From Clostridia bacterium (GTDB lineage: Bacteria; Bacillota; Clostridia; Christensenellales; Borkfalkiaceae), in assembly GCA_017398825.1 (NCBI GenBank), contig JAFQEV010000053.1, forward strand, positions 4,843 to 68,842: 64,000 bases of DNA, read 5' to 3'. Below, piece after piece: positions 9,178-17,587 of this stretch; within the stretch, counting starts at the first letter, position 1, and each line of letters begins with the position of its first letter. Under the pieces are notes generated by a model, which saw nothing but the letters and a program-made list of their open reading frames with translations, had not been told where the DNA came from and did not search any database. A program made the position numbers and the translations under genes.

Positions 9178-9570
9178 TTAATTAGCCTTTTTCATTTTCG
9201 ATATATTATCTTTTGAAAAAATTATTTTCTCCTTCCTTCTCTTTGCTCTTCTTCGTCTTGCAAAAATATCTATTTCTCGTCTTCCAATTTTTCCAGCACG
9301 TGAGCACATCCTAACTTTTTTATATCTACTTCTATTAGGCTTAATCGTTTCCTGACCATTATTTTCACAAATAACAAGACCGACTTTTGCTACTAATATA
9401 CGCCCTTTTTTAATCTGAGCTTTTGGGGAAATCTTATCTTTATGGCGACCACTTACATCATCAAGACCATCATTACAAGTAACTCCTTTTACTGTAACTA
9501 TCGGCTCGTTTTCATTTGGCTTTGTTTTTTTATCTTTTTTTAAGAATATTTTTTCATCAGTGCTATCCAT
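9178..9570 (-). CDS. Hypothetical highly basic 130-aa protein
   Basis: Strong RBS (AGGAGAAAGG). Lys/Arg-rich C-terminus (RRRRAKRRKEK). Very AT-rich coding sequence. No motif recognised. Confidence 0.55.
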   Translation of the reverse strand: MDSTDEKIFLKKDKKTKPNENEPIVTVKGVTCNDGLDDVSGRHKDKISPKAQIKKGRILVAKVGLVICENNGQETIKPNRSRYKKVRMCSRAGKIGRREIDIFARRRRAKRRKEKIIFSKDNISKMKKAN

Positions 9571-9580
9571 AACCTTTCTC

Positions 9581-10012
9581 CTAAATTATAAAACCAATAA
9601 ACACACCAAAAAAAGAAAAACTCAATATTATAGTTGATATATTTGTTAGCATTATTTTAATTTTCATTGTCTTTTCAATTTTTTCTATTGCTTTGTTAAT
9701 ATTTTCAAACCAATATTGCATATGCTCTTGTTCCGTTTTACTAAAGATTTCACCTTTTATCATCGGTTTAATCGATATTAAACTATAACTTTTTGGATAT
9801 AAGCCTATCAATATAAGGATGGAAGTTACAACTAACAAAAACATTAATATCATTTTCAAATAAAAGGAACTTGCGTCCTTAACGATTAAAAATAATGCGC
9901 TTGTTGCAATTAATAACATATTAAGTTTATTATCAATGTCACGCATTCTATTTATTCTTATTTTATACTCATCTTGCGCCATATTAAAGGCAGCCTTCAT
10001 ATTTTCAAGCAT
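9581..10012 (-). CDS. Hypothetical small membrane protein (143 aa, about 3 TM segments)
   Basis: RBS GGGAGATAAGG. The start overlaps the end of the LRR gene. An N-terminal amphipathic helix is followed by hydrophobic helices (LLIATSALFLIV, ILMFLLVVTSILILIGL, ISTIILSFSFFGVFIGFII). Confidence 0.6.
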   Translation of the reverse strand: MLENMKAAFNMAQDEYKIRINRMRDIDNKLNMLLIATSALFLIVKDASSFYLKMILMFLLVVTSILILIGLYPKSYSLISIKPMIKGEIFSKTEQEHMQYWFENINKAIEKIEKTMKIKIMLTNISTIILSFSFFGVFIGFII

Positions 10013-10015
10013 ACC

Positions 10016-12022
10016 TTATCTCCCAACATTTATAACACTATTAGCAAAAAAACCAACGTAACCATAGTTAGTAGAGCCTTTCTCTATCGTTATGTACGGA
10101 GAATTATTTACTACAGTTTTAAGATTCACGCAATTACAGAACGCCTCACCACCTATACTCGTTACTCCTTTACCTATTGTTACTCTCGTAAGTGATCTGC
10201 AATCATAGAAGGCACTGTAATCTATACTAGTTACACTATTTGATATCTCTATACTCGTAAGTGAATCACAATCATAGAAGGCAAAATTAGATATTTTAGT
10301 TGCAGTAGTAAGTTTAACTTCCGTTACTAAAACGTCGTTTATATAAAGATTTTTAGCATAATATAACGGATTTGAGAGTGAATTACTAAAATATATTTGC
10401 GCCCACTCGTCTATTGAGCCAAGATAATTAAGTTTTGTAAGCGAATCGCAACCTATAAACGCATAAGAACCTATACTCGTTACACTACTCGATATTTCTA
10501 TGCTCGTAAGTGAAATGCAACCCCAAAACGCATGCTTAGATATTTTCGTTGCGGTAGTAAGTTTTGCCTCAGTTACTAACACGTCGTTTATATATAAGTT
10601 GAGACCACGACGTAATGGATTTGAATATTCGTCATAAAATTCTATTTGAGCCCACTCGTCGATTGTTCCAAGATAATTAACTTTTGTTGACGGATCAACA
10701 TGACAAAACGCAAAACCCTCATAACCACCTATACTCGTTACACTATTTGATATTTCTATGCTTGTAAGAGAATAACACCCATAGAACGCATGATCACCTA
10801 TGCTTGTTACACCATTTCCTATTGTTACGCTCGTGAGTGAACTGCAATCATAGAATGCTTTAGATGGAATTTCCCCACCAGTTATAGTTACGGATTTTAT
10901 TGAAGTTGGGATGTAATAATGATAATGATATCCTCCACGTTGGTACCATTGACATATTGCTCCACTTACACTTGCAGTATTATTCATTGTTTTGTAACCA
11001 AATATATAGCCAAACACTTTGTTATAACCTGAATATGAGCCTTTATTTCCACCCACAAAAGGTATAGTGATACTTTCTAATGAAGAACAACCTTCTAACG
11101 CCCCACTACCTATACTTGTTACACTGTTAGGAATTATAAGCGTAGTGCCTTTATATCCTCTAAACGCATAACTTTTCACACTCGCTATACTGGGATTATC
11201 ACCCCAAACGATAGATGCCGAACAGCCGTTAAACGCGTCAACCCCTATATCAGTTACGCTATCATGAATTTTTATACTCGTGAGCAAATTGCAATCTTTA
11301 AACGCTTTTGCTCCAACACTTGTTACGGGATAACCGCGATATTCCGTTGCTATTTCAACTTGCGTTGCACTGCCAACGTAATCTACAACCTCAGCATACG
11401 AGTCGTCTATAATTGTATACACGACACCCGCAAGCTCTTCCACTTCGTTTTTAGAGGTATAGTAATCATTTGAATAAATAACGCCGTTATCGGTTATCGC
11501 GTAAGATACGGCAGTAAAGTTTTTAGCGTAAAGATTTTCATAAACCTTTGAAAGAGCGGTTTCTAAACCATCTTTGTCACTCTCAAGTTCGGGCTTTTGA
11601 GATAATATCCAAGAGGTAAGCGTTTCTTTGTCAAACAAAACACTTGCATTATAAGTAAACCCCTCGGTTAATGCTTGAGAAGATTTAGCTATTATATTAA
11701 TACCGTCAAGCGCCTCTTTGTTTTCAAAGGGTGTTTTATTATTATCTATCTCGCCATTATCTTTAGGATAAATGAGCGTACCGAAAGTGTAAACGGAAGA
11801 AGAGTTTTCACTTAAAAAATCACTTCCCACAGTAGTTTTGAACTTTAAGAGTTTATCGCCGTTGCTATCCGTTTCAACGGTTGCGTATTCCGATACGGAA
11901 AAACCACTTAACTCTTCAGCTTGAGCTTTATTCCCAGGCAAAAGCATAGCAATAGTAAATGCAATACATACTGTAAAAGCAAAAACCATTGTGCTAAGTA
12001 TAATCTTTTTAGATTTAACCAT
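10016..12022 (-). CDS. Secreted BspA-type leucine-rich-repeat (LRR_5) protein
   Basis: Signal peptide MVKSKKIILSTMVFAFTVCIAF...AQA. Repeated I/V-x-I-x-x-SVTSIG-x-x-AF-x-x-C-x-SLTSI modules. The preferred start is ATG 12022 (RBS GGGGGA) rather than the track start 12058. Confidence 0.8.
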   Translation of the reverse strand: MVKSKKIILSTMVFAFTVCIAFTIAMLLPGNKAQAEELSGFSVSEYATVETDSNGDKLLKFKTTVGSDFLSENSSSVYTFGTLIYPKDNGEIDNNKTPFENKEALDGINIIAKSSQALTEGFTYNASVLFDKETLTSWILSQKPELESDKDGLETALSKVYENLYAKNFTAVSYAITDNGVIYSNDYYTSKNEVEELAGVVYTIIDDSYAEVVDYVGSATQVEIATEYRGYPVTSVGAKAFKDCNLLTSIKIHDSVTDIGVDAFNGCSASIVWGDNPSIASVKSYAFRGYKGTTLIIPNSVTSIGSGALEGCSSLESITIPFVGGNKGSYSGYNKVFGYIFGYKTMNNTASVSGAICQWYQRGGYHYHYYIPTSIKSVTITGGEIPSKAFYDCSSLTSVTIGNGVTSIGDHAFYGCYSLTSIEISNSVTSIGGYEGFAFCHVDPSTKVNYLGTIDEWAQIEFYDEYSNPLRRGLNLYINDVLVTEAKLTTATKISKHAFWGCISLTSIEISSSVTSIGSYAFIGCDSLTKLNYLGSIDEWAQIYFSNSLSNPLYYAKNLYINDVLVTEVKLTTATKISNFAFYDCDSLTSIEISNSVTSIDYSAFYDCRSLTRVTIGKGVTSIGGEAFCNCVNLKTVVNNSPYITIEKGSTNYGYVGFFANSVINVGR

Positions 12023-12035
12023 ATTCTTTCCCCCT

Positions 12036-12167
12036 TTAATTAAGCCATTCTTTATCAAGCCAGCTCTCTTTAACGTGAGCGTAGTCTTGAACGGTGGACG
12101 TAGTTACTACGTCAACAAGATTATACTCAATAATCTCAATTGACGGTTTTAAGTATAGTTTTTTCAT
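12036..12167 (-). CDS. Unannotated 43-aa small ORF heading the LRR operon
   Basis: ATG 12167 lies 5 nt after AAAGGAGAGG. Translation is MKKLYLKPSIEIIEYNLVDVVTTSTVQDYAHVKESWLDKEWLN. Its stop overlaps the RBS of the LRR gene. It is below the ORF-track size cut-off. Confidence 0.55.
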   Translation of the reverse strand: MKKLYLKPSIEIIEYNLVDVVTTSTVQDYAHVKESWLDKEWLN

Positions 12168-12190
12168 AAAACCTCTCCTTTGGGTTTAAA

Positions 12191-12240
12191 ATATACCGAT
12201 TTGGGATATTTTTTATTATACCGCAATGGTATAATTTTGT
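12191..12240 (+). promoter_or_regulatory. Two inverted-repeat operators overlapping the XRE gene promoter
   Basis: TATACC-GCAAT-GGTATA (12217..12233) overlaps a TATAAT box. The related ATATACC-GATTT-GGGATAT lies at 12191..12209. Confidence 0.45.
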
Positions 12241-12255
12241 CAAAGGAATAAGGTT

Positions 12256-12462
12256 ATGAGATTAAGAAATTTGAGGAAAGAAAAGGGAATATCTCAACTT
12301 AAACTTGCCATTGACCTCAATATGAACCAAAACAGTATAAGCAGATATGAAACGGGCGAACGCCAAGCCGATTACACTACTCTAATAAAGTTTGCAGACT
12401 ACTTTGACGTTTCAATAGATTATCTCCTTGAACGAACTGACAATCCTAAAATTAATAGATAA
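12256..12462 (+). CDS. XRE/Cro-CI family HTH regulator (68 aa)
   Basis: LRKEKGISQLKLAIDLNMNQNSISRYETGER is a classic HTH_3 pattern, with a C-terminal DYLLERTD. Confidence 0.85.
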   Translation: MRLRNLRKEKGISQLKLAIDLNMNQNSISRYETGERQADYTTLIKFADYFDVSIDYLLERTDNPKINR

Positions 12463-12465
12463 ACA

Positions 12466-12500
12466 AAAACTCCCGCGGAAAATTCCGCGGGAGTTTCGTT
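12466..12500 (+). terminator. Terminator hairpin; right copy of the 31-bp direct repeat
   Basis: AAAACTCCCGCGGAAAATTCCGCGGGAGTTT. It sits between the convergent XRE gene and potD. Confidence 0.75.
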
Positions 12501-14231
12501 TTATTTAATAGGTTCTCTTTTTATAAGCGTTAAGTTCTTTCTCTTAAATTTGAGATTTAAGTGAATTCCCTTTTTGTTAAGATAGGATAAAATGGGCGCA
12601 ACGATTATTGCAAGTAGGATAATTCCAACTATCATTATCATAAGCCAAGAAGGAATTGCGGATACCTTAACCTCATCCCACATGTCGTTGAGGCGCGCCA
12701 TCTCCACGTCGTTAAAGTGTTTCATTATAGCGCAACGCATAACCGTTTCGCGAGTTGGGTACTGCGTTTCGAGCTGACGGCCTAAAGTGTCAGTCCAAAT
12801 AAACATATCGCCATCGTCGCTTTCGGTATTTAAGAGGAAGGAAACGTCGTATAAATATAAGTCAACGTCTTCATAGTATTCAAAGCGTATGATGTTCTCT
12901 TCCTTTTCATCGTACACGGGATAGCGCATTTCGTTTACCGTTATGCACCTGTAACCCGTTTCCGCATCAATTCCGTTATCGAGATAATCTTCGCCTAAAA
13001 CTAATTCGCCCTCGTCAATCGCGTCTTGCACGTAATACTCAAAGTACGCCTTGCCCGTTTTGCTATCAACAAAATCTGCATGTTGAGCGTCGTCAGTTTC
13101 AATCAAGGTGTAAGCGCCGTACCAAGAAATTGCAAATTCGTGCATCTCAGAACCGGCAACAACGGGAGTATAGCCGATATAGTTCATATTGATTTGCGCG
13201 TTTTCAGGGTCTGCTAAAAAGTTTACGAAATCTTGCGAAAGCTCTATATTCGCGCCTTTGGGCATAACCCAACCGTCAAACCAAATGTTACTGCCCTCTT
13301 CGGGAACGGCGTAGAAAAGTTCCGTGTTTGCCTCGTCGGCAATATCTAAAGTGTAAACGGCATCACCGCTCCAAGCAAAGTTGATTGCGATTTTGCCAGA
13401 CGCCATATCGCGCTTACCGCTATCAACCTCAAAGCCGTATACGTTACCCTTAAGCTCGATAAGCTCCTCAGTTACCTTTTGAACGGTAGCCTCGTCAGTA
13501 CGGTTAAAAATCCCCACTACTTGTTCTTGATAGTCCTCATCTGAAAGCTCGCCTGCTTTCCATCTAAGAGAAAGAGCTTTGAGCTCCTCGCTATACACCT
13601 TGCCGATTGCAAGCGCGTAGGTATCTCTAATACTATCTTTGATAGTGCCTAAGTTTTTAGAATAAGTCTTCCACGGGAAATCCCAGTGTGCCTCATCGCC
13701 CGGCTGATATTCACCGCCCGAATTTCTCTCTAATACCTCGGGGTTGTAAACGAAACCCATAGTTCCGTACATATAACCGCAGGCGTAATCCGTCCAACCG
13801 TATTTTTCAAAAAGGTCTAAGATGTATTTTGAGGAATAGGTATCGTAATTATCCAAGTTGCCAAGCGACCTATCGAACTTTTCAAGCATGCCCTCGCCGA
13901 GCATTTTTTGTATCATATAGTCGGAGGGGCAAACTAAATCGTAACCGTAATCGTAGCCGTTTTCCGTTTTTACCTTTGAAAGCTGTAATTCGTTATACAT
14001 ATTCTCGTTCGTGCCGAACGTTGAATAGTTAACGACTACCTTCTTGCCGTATTTTTCACTCGCGAAAGCCTCAAAATCGGCAATTAAATCGTTATCCTCG
14101 TCTTTGCAGATATAATCTTCCCAGTTGTAAACGTTAAGCTCTATAACTTCCCCTTCGCTCTTACAGCCCGTAAAGGAGAAGAGAGAGACTACCATTATAA
14201 GCGCAAGCGCTAAATTAAATATCTTTCTCAT
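12501..14231 (-). CDS. potD: Spermidine/putrescine-type ABC substrate-binding lipoprotein, unusually long (576 aa) with a C-terminal TM anchor
   Basis: Lipobox LFSFTGC and LNVYNWEDYI PotD signature. Extra inserted segments and a terminal hydrophobic helix IPSWLMIMIVGIILLAIIVAPILSYL are followed by a basic tail. Confidence 0.75.
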   Translation of the reverse strand: MRKIFNLALALIMVVSLFSFTGCKSEGEVIELNVYNWEDYICKDEDNDLIADFEAFASEKYGKKVVVNYSTFGTNENMYNELQLSKVKTENGYDYGYDLVCPSDYMIQKMLGEGMLEKFDRSLGNLDNYDTYSSKYILDLFEKYGWTDYACGYMYGTMGFVYNPEVLERNSGGEYQPGDEAHWDFPWKTYSKNLGTIKDSIRDTYALAIGKVYSEELKALSLRWKAGELSDEDYQEQVVGIFNRTDEATVQKVTEELIELKGNVYGFEVDSGKRDMASGKIAINFAWSGDAVYTLDIADEANTELFYAVPEEGSNIWFDGWVMPKGANIELSQDFVNFLADPENAQINMNYIGYTPVVAGSEMHEFAISWYGAYTLIETDDAQHADFVDSKTGKAYFEYYVQDAIDEGELVLGEDYLDNGIDAETGYRCITVNEMRYPVYDEKEENIIRFEYYEDVDLYLYDVSFLLNTESDDGDMFIWTDTLGRQLETQYPTRETVMRCAIMKHFNDVEMARLNDMWDEVKVSAIPSWLMIMIVGIILLAIIVAPILSYLNKKGIHLNLKFKRKNLTLIKREPIK

Positions 14232-15031
14232 TTTCTCTCCTTTTTCGCCGCTTTCCTGTTAGAGATAACGTACCTTATAACTACGAACAATATCATAAAG
14301 ATAAAGATAATCGTAGAAAGCGCTCTGAGCGCAGGCACGGAGGAACTCTTACCGCCACGGGCGTATGCGTCAAACACGTAGGTGGAGATAGTATCAAAAG
14401 TTGCGGGTTTTGTAAAAGTAGTAATAATATAATCGTCAAGCGAGAGGTTAATTGCAAGCAAGAAACCGGATAAAATGCCGGGCAAAATCTCGGGAATAAT
14501 AACTGTGAAAAGCGCTTTGGTGGGCGTTGCGCCAAGGTCGAGCGCTGCCTCGTACAAGTTGTTATCCATTTGCTTGAGCTTTGGCATTACCGATAACACA
14601 ACGAACGGGAAAGTGAGTACTACGTGACCTATAAGTAGCGACGCATAGCTCCTGCCAAACGCAAACATAGTGCAAACGAGCGCAATGGAAATAGCAGTTA
14701 CGATTTCCGCGTTGATAATGGGAATTTGCGTAATGCCGTTTAAAGCTTTCCTCGCCCTTTGCTTGCTGTAAAACATACCTATAGCGCCGATAGTTCCAAG
14801 CACGGAAGAAAGCACCGACGATACGATTGCAAGGATAAAGGTGTTTGCAACCGTCATCATAATATCTTCGTTGCGGATAAGCTCGCCGTATAGAGAAAAG
14901 CCCCACTCATCCGACCAAATGCCGATTTCTCTACTCATATTAAAGCTATACGCAACAAGGAGCATAATGGGCGCGTATAAAATTAAAAGTATGAGGATAA
15001 CGTAACCGCCGGAGAACAATTTTTTTACCAT
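14228..15031 (-). CDS. potC: Polyamine ABC transporter permease
   Basis: Six-TM BPD_transp_1 permease with the EAAxDLGA motif (EAALDLGATP). Overlaps its neighbours in the pot operon. Confidence 0.85.
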   Translation of the reverse strand: MVKKLFSGGYVILILLILYAPIMLLVAYSFNMSREIGIWSDEWGFSLYGELIRNEDIMMTVANTFILAIVSSVLSSVLGTIGAIGMFYSKQRARKALNGITQIPIINAEIVTAISIALVCTMFAFGRSYASLLIGHVVLTFPFVVLSVMPKLKQMDNNLYEAALDLGATPTKALFTVIIPEILPGILSGFLLAINLSLDDYIITTFTKPATFDTISTYVFDAYARGGKSSSVPALRALSTIIFIFMILFVVIRYVISNRKAAKKERK

Positions 15032-15870
15032 AATCCGTTCCCCCTTGCGCTACCGCCGTCATCATCGGTGAACTTGTTAGTTACCCACATAGTTATAAAT
15101 ATTATAACTAAAAGCACCATCGCAATCGCCGAGCCTGCGTGCCAGTTAAACACCGTGGAAAACTGCGATTCTATTACCTTGCCGATTATCGTTACGTTGC
15201 CGTTGCCAAGAGTATCGGAAACAACGTAGCTCGTAGTGGTGGGCAAAAGCACCATAGTAACCGCACTCACAATTCCTGGAACGGTGAGAGGTAACGTTAC
15301 TCTTAAGAAGGTGCTTGCTGGCTTTGCACCAAGGTCTGCACTCGCCTCGATTAAGCTTTTGTCGAGCTTTATCATAACGGTGTATAACGGCATTATGGTA
15401 AAGGGCAAATAATCGTAAACCATACCTATAACGGTGTTTACAAAACTAAGCCTGTTGGTGCTGTACATTCCGATTGCAAATAAAAGCTCTTTCATAGCGG
15501 CGGTACGGAGCACGAAGTTTATCCACATAGGAAGGATAAACAACAAGAGTAACACGCCGTTTTTATTGAGTTTGCTCTTTGCCAAAATGTACGCCAAAGG
15601 ATACGATATAACTAAGCAAAGCGCCGTAGTTACTATCGCAAGCCCAAAGCTAATAAAAAGCACTCTTATATTCGAGCTTTTTGAGAAAAACTCGATAAAG
15701 TTTTCAAATGTTATAGAAACCTTTACGCCGGATAAAGTTATGTAGCCGTTAGGGTCTACTTTAGTAAACGCGTAAAGTATTATAAGCAGTAGTGGAAATA
15801 CCACGAACAACGCCAAAAACAGCGCGTAAGGTATTCCCAAATGCTTTCTCGAAAAGCGGAGGGTCTTCAT
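15025..15870 (-). CDS. potB: Polyamine ABC transporter permease
   Basis: EASADLGAKP permease motif and operon context. Confidence 0.85.
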   Translation of the reverse strand: MKTLRFSRKHLGIPYALFLALFVVFPLLLIILYAFTKVDPNGYITLSGVKVSITFENFIEFFSKSSNIRVLFISFGLAIVTTALCLVISYPLAYILAKSKLNKNGVLLLLFILPMWINFVLRTAAMKELLFAIGMYSTNRLSFVNTVIGMVYDYLPFTIMPLYTVMIKLDKSLIEASADLGAKPASTFLRVTLPLTVPGIVSAVTMVLLPTTTSYVVSDTLGNGNVTIIGKVIESQFSTVFNWHAGSAIAMVLLVIIFITMWVTNKFTDDDGGSARGNGLW

Positions 15871-17372
15871 TATTTTTTCTCCTCCGTTTTAAGCCTAAGC
15901 TTAATTTTTTCCTTGGGAATTTTAACGGAAACTCTATCGTTTTCGTTCCATACGTACTCGGTATCGCAAACGAAATCTTCTTCCTCATCGTCAGTTCTTA
16001 TAATGATTTGATAGTGGTCGCCCTTATATACGATAGAGATTATTGAACCGCAGGCGTCACCGTCCTCATCGTTGTCGATAATTTCGATATCCTTAAGCCC
16101 AACCTCAACCTTAACGTCAACGTCGGTCAGGTCTATTTTCTCGCCCTCGGCGGTGATGAGGTAACCCTCGTCGTCAAGATGAGAGTTTTCGTAAAGCTGA
16201 GTAACGTCACACTCAAACTCGCCGTCGGCAAACCAAACTTTATTTTCTTTAGTGATGTATCCGTCGTAAACGTTAGATACGAATTCCTTGTGCATTATGT
16301 GAATATCTTGCGGTGCAATGGAAATCCACACCTTTTCGCCAACGTCGTAACCCTTAGTTGACTGAATAACCACCTCGGAGCGACCTACCATCATAGTCAT
16401 TTGATAGTGAACGCCCTTGAAAATACAAGAGGATATCGTACCGGATACCATTCCCTTTTCTTCCTTAACGATTTTAACGTCCTCAGGGCGAACTACAACG
16501 TCTACCTTTTCGTTCTTTTCAAAATCATCAACACAGTCGAACACCTTGTTGATAAATCTAACCTTTTTCTCTCCGACAACAGTTCCGCTAAATATGTTGC
16601 TCTCGCCGATAAAGTCCGCAACAAAGGAATTAACGGGCTCGTTGTAGATATCTTGAGGAGTGCCGATTTGCTGAATTTTACCGTCCTTCATAACGACAAC
16701 GGTGTCACTCATAGTAAGCGCCTCTTCTTGATCGTGAGTAACGTAAATAAAGGTTATGCCAAGCTTTCTGTGCATTTCTTTAAGCTCGAGTTGCATATCC
16801 TTTCTCATCTTGAGGTCGAGAGCGCCGAGAGGCTCGTCAAGGAGCAAGATTTCAGGCTCGTTTACGATTGCGCGCGCAATCGCTATACGCTGTTGCTGAC
16901 CACCCGATAACGTGGTAACGCTCCTCTTTTCAAACTCTTCAAGGTCAACGATTTTTAATGCGCGCGAAACTTTATCGTCAATCTCTTTTTTAGAGAGTTT
17001 TTCGATTTTTTCAACTGTTCTGCCCTTTTTGTCAACGTAGGTTGCCTTTACTCTCTTAAGTTTTAAGCCGTAGGCAATGTTTTCGTAAACGTTGAGGTGG
17101 GGGAAAAGCGCGTAGCGCTGAAACACCGTGTTTACAGGTCGCTTGTGCGGAGGAAGATTAGTTATATCCTTGCCGTTGAGCATTATGCTACCAGTAGTGG
17201 GAAGTTCAAAGCCGGCTATCATTCTAAGCGTGGTAGTTTTACCGCATCCGGACGGTCCTAAAAAGGTAATAAATTCACCCTTTCTAACATATAAGTTTAC
17301 GTTTTCAACGGCTAAAGTTCCGTCGTATTCCTTGGATACGTTAGTAAGTTCAATAATTTTTTGCTTGCTCAT
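15870..17372 (-). CDS. potA: Polyamine ABC transporter ATPase with a C-terminal extension of about 120 aa
   Basis: Walker A GPSGCGKTT, signature LSGGQQQR and Walker B LLLDEP. It is 500 aa, compared with my recollection of about 370-385 aa for a typical PotA. Confidence 0.85.
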   Translation of the reverse strand: MSKQKIIELTNVSKEYDGTLAVENVNLYVRKGEFITFLGPSGCGKTTTLRMIAGFELPTTGSIMLNGKDITNLPPHKRPVNTVFQRYALFPHLNVYENIAYGLKLKRVKATYVDKKGRTVEKIEKLSKKEIDDKVSRALKIVDLEEFEKRSVTTLSGGQQQRIAIARAIVNEPEILLLDEPLGALDLKMRKDMQLELKEMHRKLGITFIYVTHDQEEALTMSDTVVVMKDGKIQQIGTPQDIYNEPVNSFVADFIGESNIFSGTVVGEKKVRFINKVFDCVDDFEKNEKVDVVVRPEDVKIVKEEKGMVSGTISSCIFKGVHYQMTMMVGRSEVVIQSTKGYDVGEKVWISIAPQDIHIMHKEFVSNVYDGYITKENKVWFADGEFECDVTQLYENSHLDDEGYLITAEGEKIDLTDVDVKVEVGLKDIEIIDNDEDGDACGSIISIVYKGDHYQIIIRTDDEEEDFVCDTEYVWNENDRVSVKIPKEKIKLRLKTEEKK

Positions 17373-17452
17373 AATCTTTTCTCCATAAAGAGTTTTTTCT
17401 TTAATTATTCTGTGTAATTTAATTAAAAGGCGAAATTTTAATAAACATCAAT

Positions 17453-17587
17453 ATTAAGCGACGGCTCAAACGCAAATAAAACTAGGCAAACCCCGAAGAC
17501 AATACTCCCTGTATTGACGAGTGGGGTTAACAAAGTTTTACGCCGTGTTTCAGTCGGCGATTTTTGGTGGCTTATTAAAATTGAGCC
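17453..17587 (+). repeat. Divergent copy of the hairpin element (T2-j) between the PuuR-like gene and potA
   Basis: AGGCAAA, then CCCC-GAAGA-CAATAC-TCCCT-GTATTG-ACGAGT-GGGG. This is the same nested-stem and pyrimidine-loop architecture with different arm sequences. Confidence 0.5.

Noticed and set aside
9581-10012. Assignment of the 143-aa TM protein to a named effector family (Pycsar/DUF5706-like or SLATT-like).
   Set aside because: The resemblance is limited to general topology and a loosely similar N-terminal helix. No cyclase or other signalling partner is nearby, and I cannot verify the family without an HMM search.
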